This document shows, in pieces, positions 1-11,514 of a stretch of DNA of 64,000 bases. The notes below the pieces were generated by a model, which worked only from the letters and a program-made list of their open reading frames with translations, made no database searches and was not told the DNA's origin. This DNA comes from Acidimicrobiia bacterium (GTDB lineage: Bacteria; Actinomycetota; Acidimicrobiia; Spongiisociales; ZC4RG35): assembly GCA_035550735.1 (NCBI GenBank), contig DASZOM010000041.1, positions 4,216 to 68,215 on the forward strand, written 5' to 3'. Numbering within the stretch: position 1 is the stretch's first letter; every line of letters starts with the position of its first letter. A program made the translations under genes and the position numbers.

Positions 1-125
1 CCGCCTTTGCCCTGCTGGATGATTCGCTCGAGGGCGTAACGCATCTGGGTGCCCGGCGCCAGACGTTCCAGCGTCTCGGCGATCGATGGACCACCCACGC
101 CGCTCAGGCTATCACCGGGCGTCAT
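1..125 (-). CDS. disA: DNA integrity scanning protein DisA (diadenylate cyclase), N-terminal fragment; gene runs off window start
   Basis: rc of 1-125 translates MTPGDSLSGVGGPSIAETLERLAPGTQMRYALERIIQQGKGG. This matches the DisA N-terminal DAC-domain motif (LAPGT..R..LERI). Position downstream of radA is as in mycobacteria. Confidence 0.6.
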   Translation of the reverse strand, partial: MTPGDSLSGVGGPSIAETLERLAPGTQMRYALERIIQQGKG

Positions 126-166
126 GGCTCGCAGATGGCTGAGGTGGGCCCGGTTTCCTAATGCTC

Positions 167-258
167 CACGGCCCACTATTGGGCCTTTGGACGTCTGATA
201 ACGGCGGTCCCTGGCCCAATCCGTAATGAAACGTCCAAAAGCCCACTATTGGGCTCTG
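167..258. promoter_or_regulatory. radA-disA intergenic long inverted repeat (two ~24-bp arms, each containing the palindrome GCCCACTATTGGGC, spacer 35 nt)
   Basis: 171-195 gcccactattgggcctttggacgtc versus 231-254 acgtccaaaagcccactattgggc. The arms are near-perfect reverse complements, and each contains the 14-bp palindrome GCCCA-CTAT-TGGGC. Confidence 0.5.
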
Positions 259-282
259 GAACCTAAGGAAACCGAAAGGCGG

Positions 283-1587
283 TCAGAGCCCGGCCCGACG
301 GAGGGCGTCGGCGAGACGCATCGGGTCGCCGCCGGTGGGAGCGATCCGGTTGGTGAGACCCATCCTGGAGAGCTCTTCGAGACGGCGGCTCTCGAACGGG
401 ACGGCACGAACCTCACCGGCAAGACCGATCTCCCCCCATGCCGCCAGCTGGCCGAGGGGCATGTTCAGCGCCGACGAGGCGAGGGCGAGGGCGACGGGGA
501 GGTCGCATCCCGGCTCGTCCAGACGCCAACCCCCGACGACATTGACGTACACCTCCTTGTCCCGCACCCCGACACCGGCATGACGATCGAGGACCGCCAC
601 CACCTGGTTGACCCGCGCCGGGTCGAGACCCCGGACCGAGCGTCGCGGCTGGGCCTGATTGGACTCGGCGACCAGGGCCTGGATCTCGACGAGGACCGCC
701 CGCCTCCCCTCGACCGCCGGGTAGACGATGGTCCCCGGAACATCCGTCTCCCATCCGTCGAGAAACACCTTCGACGGGTCCTCCACCTCCACCAGCCCGT
801 CGCCCTGCATGTCGAACATGCCGGAGACGTGGGTGGCGCCGAAGCGGTTCTTGTTGCTGCGCAACACCCGGAGACCCCGATCGGGATCCCCTTCGAGATA
901 GAGGACGACGTCGACCATGTGCTCGAGGATCTTGGGCCCGGCCAGCCCGCCCTCCTTGGTGACATGACCGACCAGGACGACGATCACCCCGGTGGTCTTG
1001 GCAAGTCGGATCAGACGGGCCGCGCTCTCCCTGACCTGGGCGACACCGCCGGGCGCCGAGGGGATCTCGGCGACGCCCACGGTCTGTATCGAGTCGACCA
1101 CGAGCACCGCCGGCTGCGACTCCTGGGCGAGGGCGACGATGGCGTCGACGTCGTCATCGGACACCAGGTCCACAGCGTCGGATGAGACACCGGTGCGTTG
1201 AGCCCGCATCGCCACCTGCTGGGCGGACTCCTCGGCGCTGGCGATCACCACCGAATCCCCGTTGCCGCCGATCCCCCCCGCCATCTGGAGGAGCAAAGTG
1301 GACTTGCCGACGCCGGGTTCCCCACCCAAAAGGACCACCGATCCCCGGACCAGACCCCCGCCGAGGACCCTGTCGACCTCGCTCCACCCGGTGCTGGTCC
1401 GGTCCATTCCGGACGATGTCGCCTCGGCCATGGAGACCACGGTCGCGGTGCGCTGCCGGGAAGACCGGACGGGCCGGCCGCCGGTCTCGACCAGCGGGTC
1501 GGACGAGCCGCATTGCGGGCAGAATCCCATCCACTTCGAGGAGCGGTAGCCGCAGGAGTCACAGCCAAACGTGGAAGAACTTGGCAT
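283..1587 (-). CDS. radA: DNA repair protein RadA/Sms
   Basis: N-terminal zinc finger CDSCGYRSSKWMGFCPQCG, Walker A GEPGVGKSTLLLQ, C-terminal Lon-protease-like domain. Start ATG at 1587 (MPSSSTFG); the 490-aa table ORF is an upstream run-on. Confidence 0.9.
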   Translation of the reverse strand: MPSSSTFGCDSCGYRSSKWMGFCPQCGSSDPLVETGGRPVRSSRQRTATVVSMAEATSSGMDRTSTGWSEVDRVLGGGLVRGSVVLLGGEPGVGKSTLLLQMAGGIGGNGDSVVIASAEESAQQVAMRAQRTGVSSDAVDLVSDDDVDAIVALAQESQPAVLVVDSIQTVGVAEIPSAPGGVAQVRESAARLIRLAKTTGVIVVLVGHVTKEGGLAGPKILEHMVDVVLYLEGDPDRGLRVLRSNKNRFGATHVSGMFDMQGDGLVEVEDPSKVFLDGWETDVPGTIVYPAVEGRRAVLVEIQALVAESNQAQPRRSVRGLDPARVNQVVAVLDRHAGVGVRDKEVYVNVVGGWRLDEPGCDLPVALALASSALNMPLGQLAAWGEIGLAGEVRAVPFESRRLEELSRMGLTNRIAPTGGDPMRLADALRRAGL

Positions 1588-1745
1588 TTGAGTTAACGAT
1601 TGCCTCTTCGCAGTGCGAAAATCAACCCCCCCAAGATGAGGGCCGAAAGGACCAGCGCCCCCAGGATCGTTGGCATGCTCCACGGCTCGTAGGTCCTCAA
1701 AGCCACGATCAGCATGCCGTGGCACAATAACCCCGATGGAGGGAT

Positions 1746-2771
1746 GTGGCTTCACAGACTTGTGAGCACTGCGGCGCCATAGTCGCCCCCGACGAGCAGT
1801 TTTGCCCGTCGTGCGGCTCGTTCATGGATCCCATGAGCGCCCCGCGGCCGCGCCCGCGTCCCCGTCGCGGCGGGGGCGGCAACGTGATATCGGTCAGCTC
1901 CGACGGTCCCTACGAGGAGTTCTCCCTGGAGGACCGGCCCCCCACGTCGGAGCGACGCTCGAGCTCCTCGCGGCCCGCCGGCAACGGAAACGGGAACGGC
2001 AATGGCAGAGAGATCGCCTGCCCCTCGTGTGGCGCGATCAACCCGGGGAACAACCGTCATTGCCAGGAGTGCGGTGCCCGCCTCCGTCAGGGGCCATTGC
2101 CCACCGCGCCGCGGCCCGCGGTCCAGGCCACCGCCGGGGTGCGCGCCGCCCTGGCCATCAGCGGGCTCTTGCTCGGCGTGATCCTCATCGCCCTCTTCTT
2201 CAACATCTTCAACGGTGAGGACCCCGTGGCGGACGCGTCGACGACCACGACCGCCACCACGGCCCCGAGCATCGTCCAGGCCGAGCCTGTGGAGATCCTC
2301 GAGCAGATCTGCGATCCACCGGGAATCGGCGGGCTGATCTGCGCCAACCTCACCTCGGGTACCACCGACGAGTATCAGGTGAGCTGGGAGGAGACGAGTG
2401 CGGAGGGGGTGACGATCCAGCTCAGCTTCCTGGTGCCGATCGCCATCACCGAGATCCATTGGACCAACATCGAGGACCCCACCAGGTTCCGGCAGAACTA
2501 TCGCGCCCACAGCCTCACCCTGGTCGCAGATGACTCGCTGGCCGAGGTGCCGGTGGAGTTGGAGGATCGCCAGGGGACCCAGATCATCCGCTACACCGCC
2601 TTGAACACCTCGACCCTGACGATCCACATCGTCGACGCCTTCGAGGCAGAGGTGGTCGACGACAACAGATTCGACGAGATCGCCATCGACGAGATCGTGG
2701 TCATCGGCCGCCCGGTGACACCCACGGCGACCACGGTCCCCACCGGGTCGACCACGACCACCATTCCCTAG
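1746..2771 (+). CDS. double zinc-ribbon membrane protein with extracytoplasmic beta-rich (discoidin/F5-8-C-like) C-terminal domain
   Basis: Two CxxC...CxxC ribbons (CEHCG..CPSCG and CPSCG..CQECG), then a TM helix LAISGLLLGVILIALFF, a Thr-rich linker and a ~170-aa C-terminal domain. GTG start; divergent from radA. Confidence 0.55.
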   Translation: MASQTCEHCGAIVAPDEQFCPSCGSFMDPMSAPRPRPRPRRGGGGNVISVSSDGPYEEFSLEDRPPTSERRSSSSRPAGNGNGNGNGREIACPSCGAINPGNNRHCQECGARLRQGPLPTAPRPAVQATAGVRAALAISGLLLGVILIALFFNIFNGEDPVADASTTTTATTAPSIVQAEPVEILEQICDPPGIGGLICANLTSGTTDEYQVSWEETSAEGVTIQLSFLVPIAITEIHWTNIEDPTRFRQNYRAHSLTLVADDSLAEVPVELEDRQGTQIIRYTALNTSTLTIHIVDAFEAEVVDDNRFDEIAIDEIVVIGRPVTPTATTVPTGSTTTTIP

Positions 2772-2815
2772 TCAGCCCCGAATACCGAGTCCCGCGTACC
2801 AGGGCGAAGGCGAGG

Positions 2816-4099
2816 TCAGTGCTTTATGTAGGGCTGGCCGTCGGCGGCGGGTGGACGGGCACGCCCCACCAGACCGGCGACCACGATGACCGTGGCAACG
2901 TAGGGCAGCATCAGCATGAACTCGGAGGGTATCCCCGTGCCCAGGATCGCCACCTTCTGGGCGAGAGCCCCGGAGAAACCGAAGACCAGCCCGGCGGCCA
3001 GGGCACCGAATGGCATCCAACGACCGAAGATCATGGCGGCGAGCCCGATGAACCCGATGCCTCCGGTCATGTTCTCCTCGAATCGGGAGATCTGGGCCAG
3101 GGCGAGGAAGGCCCCGCCGAACCCGGCGATGAGCCCGGCCGCGATCACGTTGCGATAGCGGACCCTGAGTACGTCGATGCCGAGCGTGTCGGCCGCCTTG
3201 GGATGCTCCCCGACCGACCGGGCTCGCAGACCCCACTTGGTGCGGAAGAGCCCGAAGTGGAGGGCGAATACCAGGATGAAGGTCACATAGACGAAGAAGG
3301 TGTGATCGAAGAACATAGGCCCGATCACCGGGATGTCGGCGAGGATCGGGATCCGGATGCTGGACACCCGCGCCGGGGCGTTGAGGTCCTGCGCCTCGGA
3401 GAGAACGCGGCTCGCCAGGAACGAGGTCAGACCCAGGGCGAGGATGTTGATCACCACGCCGGCGATGATCTGATCGACCAGGAACCGGATGGAGAGCCAG
3501 GCGAGAAGGGCGCCGAGCAGCGCCCCGATCACCAGCGCACCGGCCACACCCGCCCAAGTGCCGAACGCACTGGAGAGCATCACCGCGACGAAGGCGGCGG
3601 TGAGCAGCTGGCCCTCGATGCCGATGTTGATCACCCCGGCCCGCTCGCAGGTCAGACCGGTGAGGGCGCCCAGGGTGATCACGACCGAGGAGATCACGGT
3701 CGATCGAAGCATCCCCACCATGGAGAAGGAGCTGTCCGCCGCCGCCCAGGCGAGGAAGGCGAGCACGAAGAGCAAAAGCCCGATGCCCAGCGCCGTGTTG
3801 GTGAAGCCGAGCCGGCGCCGACGGAGCCGGTCGAGGCCGAGCCCGAAGACGATCACGGCGGCTATTCCGGAGAAGAGACGGGAGTTGAAGGTCACCGAGA
3901 TGTTCTCGAACCTGTCTCCGGGCAGGCTCAGGTTGAAGGTCGAGCTCGCCTCCCCCGGCACACCGAAGGCGAAGACCCCGAGCACGACGGCGGCGAGGGC
4001 GAGGAGGACGACACCGATGATGATGGCGCGGCGCTCATCGGCGCTGGTCCGCAGCACCTCGGGCTCGATGACCAGCTCGCGTTCCTGGAGAGCGGTCAT
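2816..4099 (-). CDS. ABC transporter permease (BMP/nucleoside-type ABC, second permease)
   Basis: Polytopic membrane protein. Start MTALQERELV at 4099 overlaps the upstream permease stop (ATGA). The 755-aa table ORF is an Arg/Gly/Pro-rich run-on. Confidence 0.8.
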   Translation of the reverse strand: MTALQERELVIEPEVLRTSADERRAIIIGVVLLALAAVVLGVFAFGVPGEASSTFNLSLPGDRFENISVTFNSRLFSGIAAVIVFGLGLDRLRRRRLGFTNTALGIGLLLFVLAFLAWAAADSSFSMVGMLRSTVISSVVITLGALTGLTCERAGVINIGIEGQLLTAAFVAVMLSSAFGTWAGVAGALVIGALLGALLAWLSIRFLVDQIIAGVVINILALGLTSFLASRVLSEAQDLNAPARVSSIRIPILADIPVIGPMFFDHTFFVYVTFILVFALHFGLFRTKWGLRARSVGEHPKAADTLGIDVLRVRYRNVIAAGLIAGFGGAFLALAQISRFEENMTGGIGFIGLAAMIFGRWMPFGALAAGLVFGFSGALAQKVAILGTGIPSEFMLMLPYVATVIVVAGLVGRARPPAADGQPYIKH

Positions 4100-5295
4100 G
4101 CGCCCCACCCCGTCCGGATCTGGGTCGCGTCCTCGGTGCCGGCGCGCACCCGGAAGATGGCCCGAATCAGTGCCGGCGCGGCCACGAAGATGACGATGAG
4201 GGCCTGGAGCACTACCACGAGGTCGATCGGAACCTGGGCGGCGCCCTGCATCTCGCGCCCGCCGGCGGTGAGTGCGCCGAACAGGACCGCTGCCCAGGCG
4301 ACACCGACCGGGTTGGACCGCCCGAGGAGCGCCACGGTGATCGAGTCGAAGCCGACCGACCCGGGGAGGGCCGGAGTGGCCTTGTAGGGCGCCAACCCCA
4401 TCACCTGGCTGGCTCCGGCGACCCCGGCCAGACCTCCCGCCAAGGCCATGGCGAGGGTGACGATCACCGATACGTTCATCCCGGCGTAACCACCGGCCTG
4501 AGGATTGGAGCCGACCGCCCGGAACTCGAAGCCGATCGAGGACCGATAGAGGAGCCAGTGCACCAGGAAGACCGCAGCGAGTGCGATCAGAAACCCGAGA
4601 TGGACCCGGTTCTGCGCTCCGAAGATGTGGGGCATGTGCGCCGTCTCCGCCAGGGCGGCCGACTGCGGGTTGTTGCGCCCGGGATCCTGGAGGACCTCGG
4701 TGGTGAGGAGCCACTGCACCAGGAAGAGGGCGATGAAGTTGCCCATGATCGTGGTGATCACCTCGTGGGCCCCGGTCCGGGCCTTGAGCAACCCGGCGAG
4801 GCCGCCCCAGACCATCCCGCCGACCAGACCGGCGAGGACGGCGAGAGGGATGTGGATGAAGCCGGGTGCGGTCACATAGATGCCCACGTAGGTGGCGGCG
4901 ATGCCCCCGATGAACATCTGGCCCTGGGCCCCGATGTTGAAGAGACCCGCCCGGAACCCGAGCGCGATCCCGAGACCGGCCAGCAACAGGGGCGTGGTGG
5001 CGAAGAGGGTCTCGGAGATGGCCTTCACCGAGCCGACCGACCCCCGGAACAAGGCACGGTAGGACGTGGCGACCTCCCGCCACATGTTGGACAGTGCCGT
5101 CGGCGTGTCCGAGAACAGGAGGGGGACGTTCTGGACGTCGGAGAAGGCGATGATCAGCGCCCCGATCACCAGGGCGACGACGAAGGCCAGGGTGGGCAGG
5201 AGGACGGCCCGGGCAGCCGAGGTGCCGACACCGGCCAGGCGCGACATCCAGTCGGTTGCCGGCGGCCTGATCTCGGGCTCTTTGACGTCGGTCAT
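4096..5295 (-). CDS. ABC transporter permease (BMP/nucleoside-type ABC, first permease)
   Basis: Hydrophobic multi-TM protein with the branched-chain/ribose-type permease signature. ATGA overlap with the ATPase stop. Confidence 0.85.
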   Translation of the reverse strand: MTDVKEPEIRPPATDWMSRLAGVGTSAARAVLLPTLAFVVALVIGALIIAFSDVQNVPLLFSDTPTALSNMWREVATSYRALFRGSVGSVKAISETLFATTPLLLAGLGIALGFRAGLFNIGAQGQMFIGGIAATYVGIYVTAPGFIHIPLAVLAGLVGGMVWGGLAGLLKARTGAHEVITTIMGNFIALFLVQWLLTTEVLQDPGRNNPQSAALAETAHMPHIFGAQNRVHLGFLIALAAVFLVHWLLYRSSIGFEFRAVGSNPQAGGYAGMNVSVIVTLAMALAGGLAGVAGASQVMGLAPYKATPALPGSVGFDSITVALLGRSNPVGVAWAAVLFGALTAGGREMQGAAQVPIDLVVVLQALIVIFVAAPALIRAIFRVRAGTEDATQIRTGWGA

Positions 5296-6797
5296 CCCGT
5301 CGACCCCAGCATCGCCAGGCCGATGTCGGTCACGTCGGCGTCGGGTGCGAACTCACCGGCTATACGGCCCTGGAACATCACCAGTATCCGGTCGGAGAGG
5401 GCGAGGACCTCCTCCAGCTCCGAGGAGACCACGAGGACCGCCGCCCCGGCGTCCCGCTTGGCCACGATCTGGGTGTGGATGTACTCGATGGAGCCGACGT
5501 CGATTCCCCGGGTGGGCTGGGCGGCGATGACCAGGTCGACCTGACGGTCGAACTCCCTGGCCACGATCACCTTCTGCTGGTTGCCGCCGGAGAGGTTGGA
5601 CACCGGCACCCTCACTCCCGGGGTGCGCACGTCGTACTGATCGACCAGTCGCTTCGCCGTCTCGTAGGTGGCGTCCCAGTCCATCACCACTCCCCTGGAG
5701 AACGGGCGCTCGTAGTACGAGTCGAGGATCATGTTCTCGGCGACGGTGAAGTCGAGGACGAGACCGCTCTCCTGGCGGTCCTCGGGGATGTGTGAGACGC
5801 CCATCCGATGCAGGTCGCGGGGTTTGCCGCTGGTCACGTCCACCCCCTTGACCACGATCGATCCGGAGACGACCGGTCGAAGGCCGGTGATCCCCTCGAT
5901 GAGCTCGGTCTGACCGTTGCCCTGGACGCCTGCGATGCCGACGATCTCTCCGGCCCGCACCTCGAATCCGACCCCGTCGACAGCCCTGACCTTCCGATCG
6001 TCCACCATCACCAGATCCCTGACCTCGAGCACCACCTCTCCAGGCGAGGCGGTGTCCTTGGGCACGGTCAGGTCGACGGAGCGTCCCACCATCAGGTCGG
6101 CCAGGGTCTGACGGTCGGTGCCCTCGGGTCTCACCTCGGCCACGACCTTGCCTGCCCGCATCACCACGATCCGGTCGGCCACCTCCAGCGCCTCCCCCAG
6201 CTTGTGGGTGATGAAGATGATTCCCTTGCCGTCTTCCTCCAGCCCTTTGAGGATGTGGAAGAACTCCTCCACCTCCTGAGGGGTGAGCACGGCGGTCGGC
6301 TCGTCGAAGATCACGAAGCGAGCCTCGCGATCGAGCACCTTGATGATCTCGACGCGCTGTTGCACCCCGACGGAGATGTTCTCGATCAGGGCATCGGGAT
6401 CGACGCGGAGGTTGTAGCGCTCCGAGATGTCCATGACCGTCTTACGGGCCTCGTCACGGTCGATGACACCGGCGACACCGGTCGGCTCCTGGCCGAGGAT
6501 CACGTTCTCCGTGACCGTGAATACGGGGACGAGCATGAAATGCTGATGGACCATCCCGATCCCGGCGGCGATGGCGTCGGCCGAGGAGCGCATCTCGATC
6601 TCCTCGCCGTCGATGAGGATCGTTCCCTCGTCCGGGGAGTAGAGCCCGTAGAGGATGTTCATGAGGGTGGATTTCCCTGCACCGTTCTCACCGAGCAGGG
6701 CGACGACCTCGCCAGGCTCGACCGAGAGCGAGACGTCGTCGTTGGCCACCACGCCACCGGGGAACCGCTTGGTGACTCCCCTCAACTCGAGCGCCAA
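5292..6797 (-). CDS. ABC transporter ATP-binding protein with duplicated ATPase domains
   Basis: Two Walker A sites (GENGAGKST; GVQGNGQTE), LSGGNQQKV signature and LELRGVTKRF N-terminus. Proposed TTG start at 6797 preceded by GGAGGG; the longer ORF would translate through the intercistronic hairpin. Confidence 0.8.
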   Translation of the reverse strand: MALELRGVTKRFPGGVVANDDVSLSVEPGEVVALLGENGAGKSTLMNILYGLYSPDEGTILIDGEEIEMRSSADAIAAGIGMVHQHFMLVPVFTVTENVILGQEPTGVAGVIDRDEARKTVMDISERYNLRVDPDALIENISVGVQQRVEIIKVLDREARFVIFDEPTAVLTPQEVEEFFHILKGLEEDGKGIIFITHKLGEALEVADRIVVMRAGKVVAEVRPEGTDRQTLADLMVGRSVDLTVPKDTASPGEVVLEVRDLVMVDDRKVRAVDGVGFEVRAGEIVGIAGVQGNGQTELIEGITGLRPVVSGSIVVKGVDVTSGKPRDLHRMGVSHIPEDRQESGLVLDFTVAENMILDSYYERPFSRGVVMDWDATYETAKRLVDQYDVRTPGVRVPVSNLSGGNQQKVIVAREFDRQVDLVIAAQPTRGIDVGSIEYIHTQIVAKRDAGAAVLVVSSELEEVLALSDRILVMFQGRIAGEFAPDADVTDIGLAMLGSTG

Positions 6798-6842
6798 CGA
6801 CCCTCCATTCTCATCAACGGATGGGCGGTACCTTATAACGAA

Positions 6843-6870
6843 GAGAGCCCCGGCGTAGGCCGGGGCTCTC
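6843..6870 (-). terminator. intercistronic stem-loop (12-bp perfect stem, GTAG loop) between substrate-binding gene and ATPase gene
   Basis: gagagccccggc-gtag-gccggggctctc, followed on the minus strand by ttcgttataagg. Probable partial terminator/attenuator that raises binding-protein expression relative to the other subunits. Confidence 0.45.
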
Positions 6871-6906
6871 ATCATCTGTCGTAGTTCGTCAGCTGATTCG
6901 ATCAGC

Positions 6907-8061
6907 TCACGGGGTGAAGTTCGAGGCGTCGATCGCACCTGAGGCGATGTCGGCCAGGATCTGCTGCACCTCCGCGTCCAGCTCCTCGGGCACACGGTCG
7001 GCCCACGAGTGGTACTCGGCCAGCCCGACACCCTGGTTGGAGAGGTTCCCAACCTCGCCGCCAGCAGTCCAGCCGCCATTGGCGTGGTCCTCGAGGGAGC
7101 GGGTGACCTGGAGGGCGATCGCCTTCTCGATCGTGGTCAGCCACAGGTCCTGGTACTCAGGCGGAGCAGCATCGAACGCGTCCTGGTCGACACCGATCAG
7201 GGCAGCCTCGAGGCCTCGGTCCTGGATGGCGGTGCCACAGGGCAGGTTGATCGCCCCACCGACCGGCAGGATGATGTCGGCGCCTTCGTCGAGCAGGCTC
7301 TCACAGGTGGCCCGGACGACCGGGTCGGCCGGGTCGAACGTCCCGGTGAAGGTGCCGTCCTGGGCCTCGACGTCCCATCCGAGGACCTGGACATCTGTGC
7401 CCTTGACCTCGTTGTAGTGGGCCACACCCCGGGCGAGGCCGTCGAGGAAGATGGCCACGGTCGGGATGTTGAGACCGCCGTAGGTGCCGATGATCCCTGA
7501 CTGGGAGACGCCGGCGGCGAGATAGCCGGCCGCGAAGGCGGCTTCGTCGGTCTGGTAGACCAACTCGCGCACATTGTCGATGTCGGGGTCGTAGCCGAAG
7601 TCCACGATCGTCCAGTTGATGTCCGGATTCGCCGCGGCGTTGGTCGCAGTGGCGTCACCGAGCTGGAATCCCACGGTCACGATGTGCGTGGCACCTTGGC
7701 TGATGCACTGGTCGATGTTGGGCTGGTAGTCGGCCTCATCGTCGGACTCCAGGAGAATCGGGTCCTCAGCGGCGAATCCCGCCGCCACCGCATCCTGAAC
7801 ACCCTGCCAGGCGGCCGCATTGAAGCTGCGGTCGTCGACACCGGCGAGGTCGGTCACCAGACAGGCGACGACGGCTTCGACGTCCCCACCGGTGGTGGTA
7901 GTGCCGTCTCCGCCCGTGGTCGTGGTCGCCGGCGCCCCCGTGGTGGTGGTCTCGGCTCCCCCGGTTGTGGTGGTATCCCCGCCCTCGTCGGCCGGGGAGC
8001 ACGCCGCAAGGACGAGCCCCAGGGCCGCGAAGACCGCGAGATACCTCGAGTAGCGTTTCAC
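6907..8061 (-). CDS. BMP-family ABC transporter substrate-binding lipoprotein (nucleoside/purine binding type)
   Basis: GTG start at 8061 with GGAGG 9 nt upstream; lipoprotein signal LAVFAALGLVLAAC and Thr/Gly-rich linker (TTTTGG repeats). Last gene of the minus-strand SBP-ATPase-permease-permease operon. Confidence 0.85.
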   Translation of the reverse strand: MKRYSRYLAVFAALGLVLAACSPADEGGDTTTTGGAETTTTGAPATTTTGGDGTTTTGGDVEAVVACLVTDLAGVDDRSFNAAAWQGVQDAVAAGFAAEDPILLESDDEADYQPNIDQCISQGATHIVTVGFQLGDATATNAAANPDINWTIVDFGYDPDIDNVRELVYQTDEAAFAAGYLAAGVSQSGIIGTYGGLNIPTVAIFLDGLARGVAHYNEVKGTDVQVLGWDVEAQDGTFTGTFDPADPVVRATCESLLDEGADIILPVGGAINLPCGTAIQDRGLEAALIGVDQDAFDAAPPEYQDLWLTTIEKAIALQVTRSLEDHANGGWTAGGEVGNLSNQGVGLAEYHSWADRVPEELDAEVQQILADIASGAIDASNFTP

Positions 8062-8214
8062 GCTGATTTTCCTCCGTAGATCGGGGTTGGGCGAAGATCG
8101 CCCGAGCGGGCAGATTAGTGGGGGTCCTGCCCGTTTCGCATTCCGGAGCGGCTGCTTTCCAAAAGGTCCAGAGCCTCGATGCGAGACGTGGGGCACCAGG
8201 AAACGGGCTGGGAT

Positions 8215-8871
8215 CTACTCGATGCTGGGGGCGAGGGTGGCGTCGATGTCCACGGGGGCGACCGTGATCGGGTCGGTGACGCCGGCCCATTCCCAATGCC
8301 AGGGCTCCTGGGTCGCCATGCCGCAGCGAGCCCATGCCGGATGCACCCAGCCGAACCGGTAGGCGTTGTTCTTCATCCAGTGGAACGCCTCGTCGTAACA
8401 GGTGAGCACACCGCTGCGATCGGCGAAGTCGACAGCCCTCCCCCAGCCATGGTTGGAACGGCCCGCCGGCGCCACGGGTGGCCCACTGCACTCCCGTGCC
8501 CGCTTCGTCCCGGTCTGGATCTTGGCGCCGGTCTCCGGGTCGACGCCGTACACCGGGGTCTCGGTGACGGGACAGCGACGCTCGTAGGCGCGGAACTGCT
8601 CGCGGTAGGTGCGGTAGCAGTCCTCGTGGGTCAGGTAGACACCGTCGTCCTCGGCCGCCTCGATCATGAGGGCGTAGAGATAGGCCGCATCACGCTCGAG
8701 AGTGCAGCCCCCGACGCTCATCATCCGGTCCTGGTCCATCTTGCCGTTGACATAGCCGTCGAGCTCGAGATCGAGCGAATAGGCCTCTGACCCGGCAGGA
8801 GCGTACTCAGGCGTCTCCCCGGGCCCGAGACCCGCAATCACGACGAGGAGCAGGGCAAGGACTTTCGGCAT
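8215..8871 (-). CDS. secreted peptidase M15B (VanY-like D-Ala-D-Ala carboxypeptidase) family protein
   Basis: Signal peptide MPKVLALLLVVIAG and the SxHxxGxAxD zinc motif (SNHGWGRAVDF). Confidence 0.75.
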   Translation of the reverse strand: MPKVLALLLVVIAGLGPGETPEYAPAGSEAYSLDLELDGYVNGKMDQDRMMSVGGCTLERDAAYLYALMIEAAEDDGVYLTHEDCYRTYREQFRAYERRCPVTETPVYGVDPETGAKIQTGTKRARECSGPPVAPAGRSNHGWGRAVDFADRSGVLTCYDEAFHWMKNNAYRFGWVHPAWARCGMATQEPWHWEWAGVTDPITVAPVDIDATLAPSIE

Positions 8872-8937
8872 GGGCGAACAAACGCGCCCTTGAAAATCGG
8901 CCGCGGACGCCCTGGCTTTAGCGGAAAGTCAGGGAGA

Positions 8938-11415
<2,478 letters not shown>

Positions 11416-11514
11416 TCGCTTCTCCTGAGCCTGGCGAATTGGATTTTACCACCGGCCGGTGACTGACCCCTACCTCGGTGCCCAGCCTGCCGATCCGTAA
11501 TAGCATCGTCACCA

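Noticed and set aside
226-1185. 319-aa plus-strand ORF
   Set aside because: Lies entirely antisense to radA; Arg/Gly/Asp-rich composition typical of high-GC antisense frames; no motif.
4100-5083. N-terminal ~330 aa of the 755-aa ORF 2816..5083
   Set aside because: Pro/Arg/Gly-rich run-on in an alternate frame across the upstream permease gene. The real permease starts at 4099 with 4-nt overlap to the preceding stop.
5808-6884. 358-aa plus-strand ORF
   Set aside because: Antisense to the ABC ATPase gene; low-complexity His/Asp/Gly composition.
8062-8214. Possible riboswitch in the 5' UTR of the BMP-transporter operon
   Set aside because: No recognisable conserved riboswitch core (purine, ZTP, preQ1). 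Only a local hairpin (8106-8134) that more likely terminates the upstream VanY-like gene.
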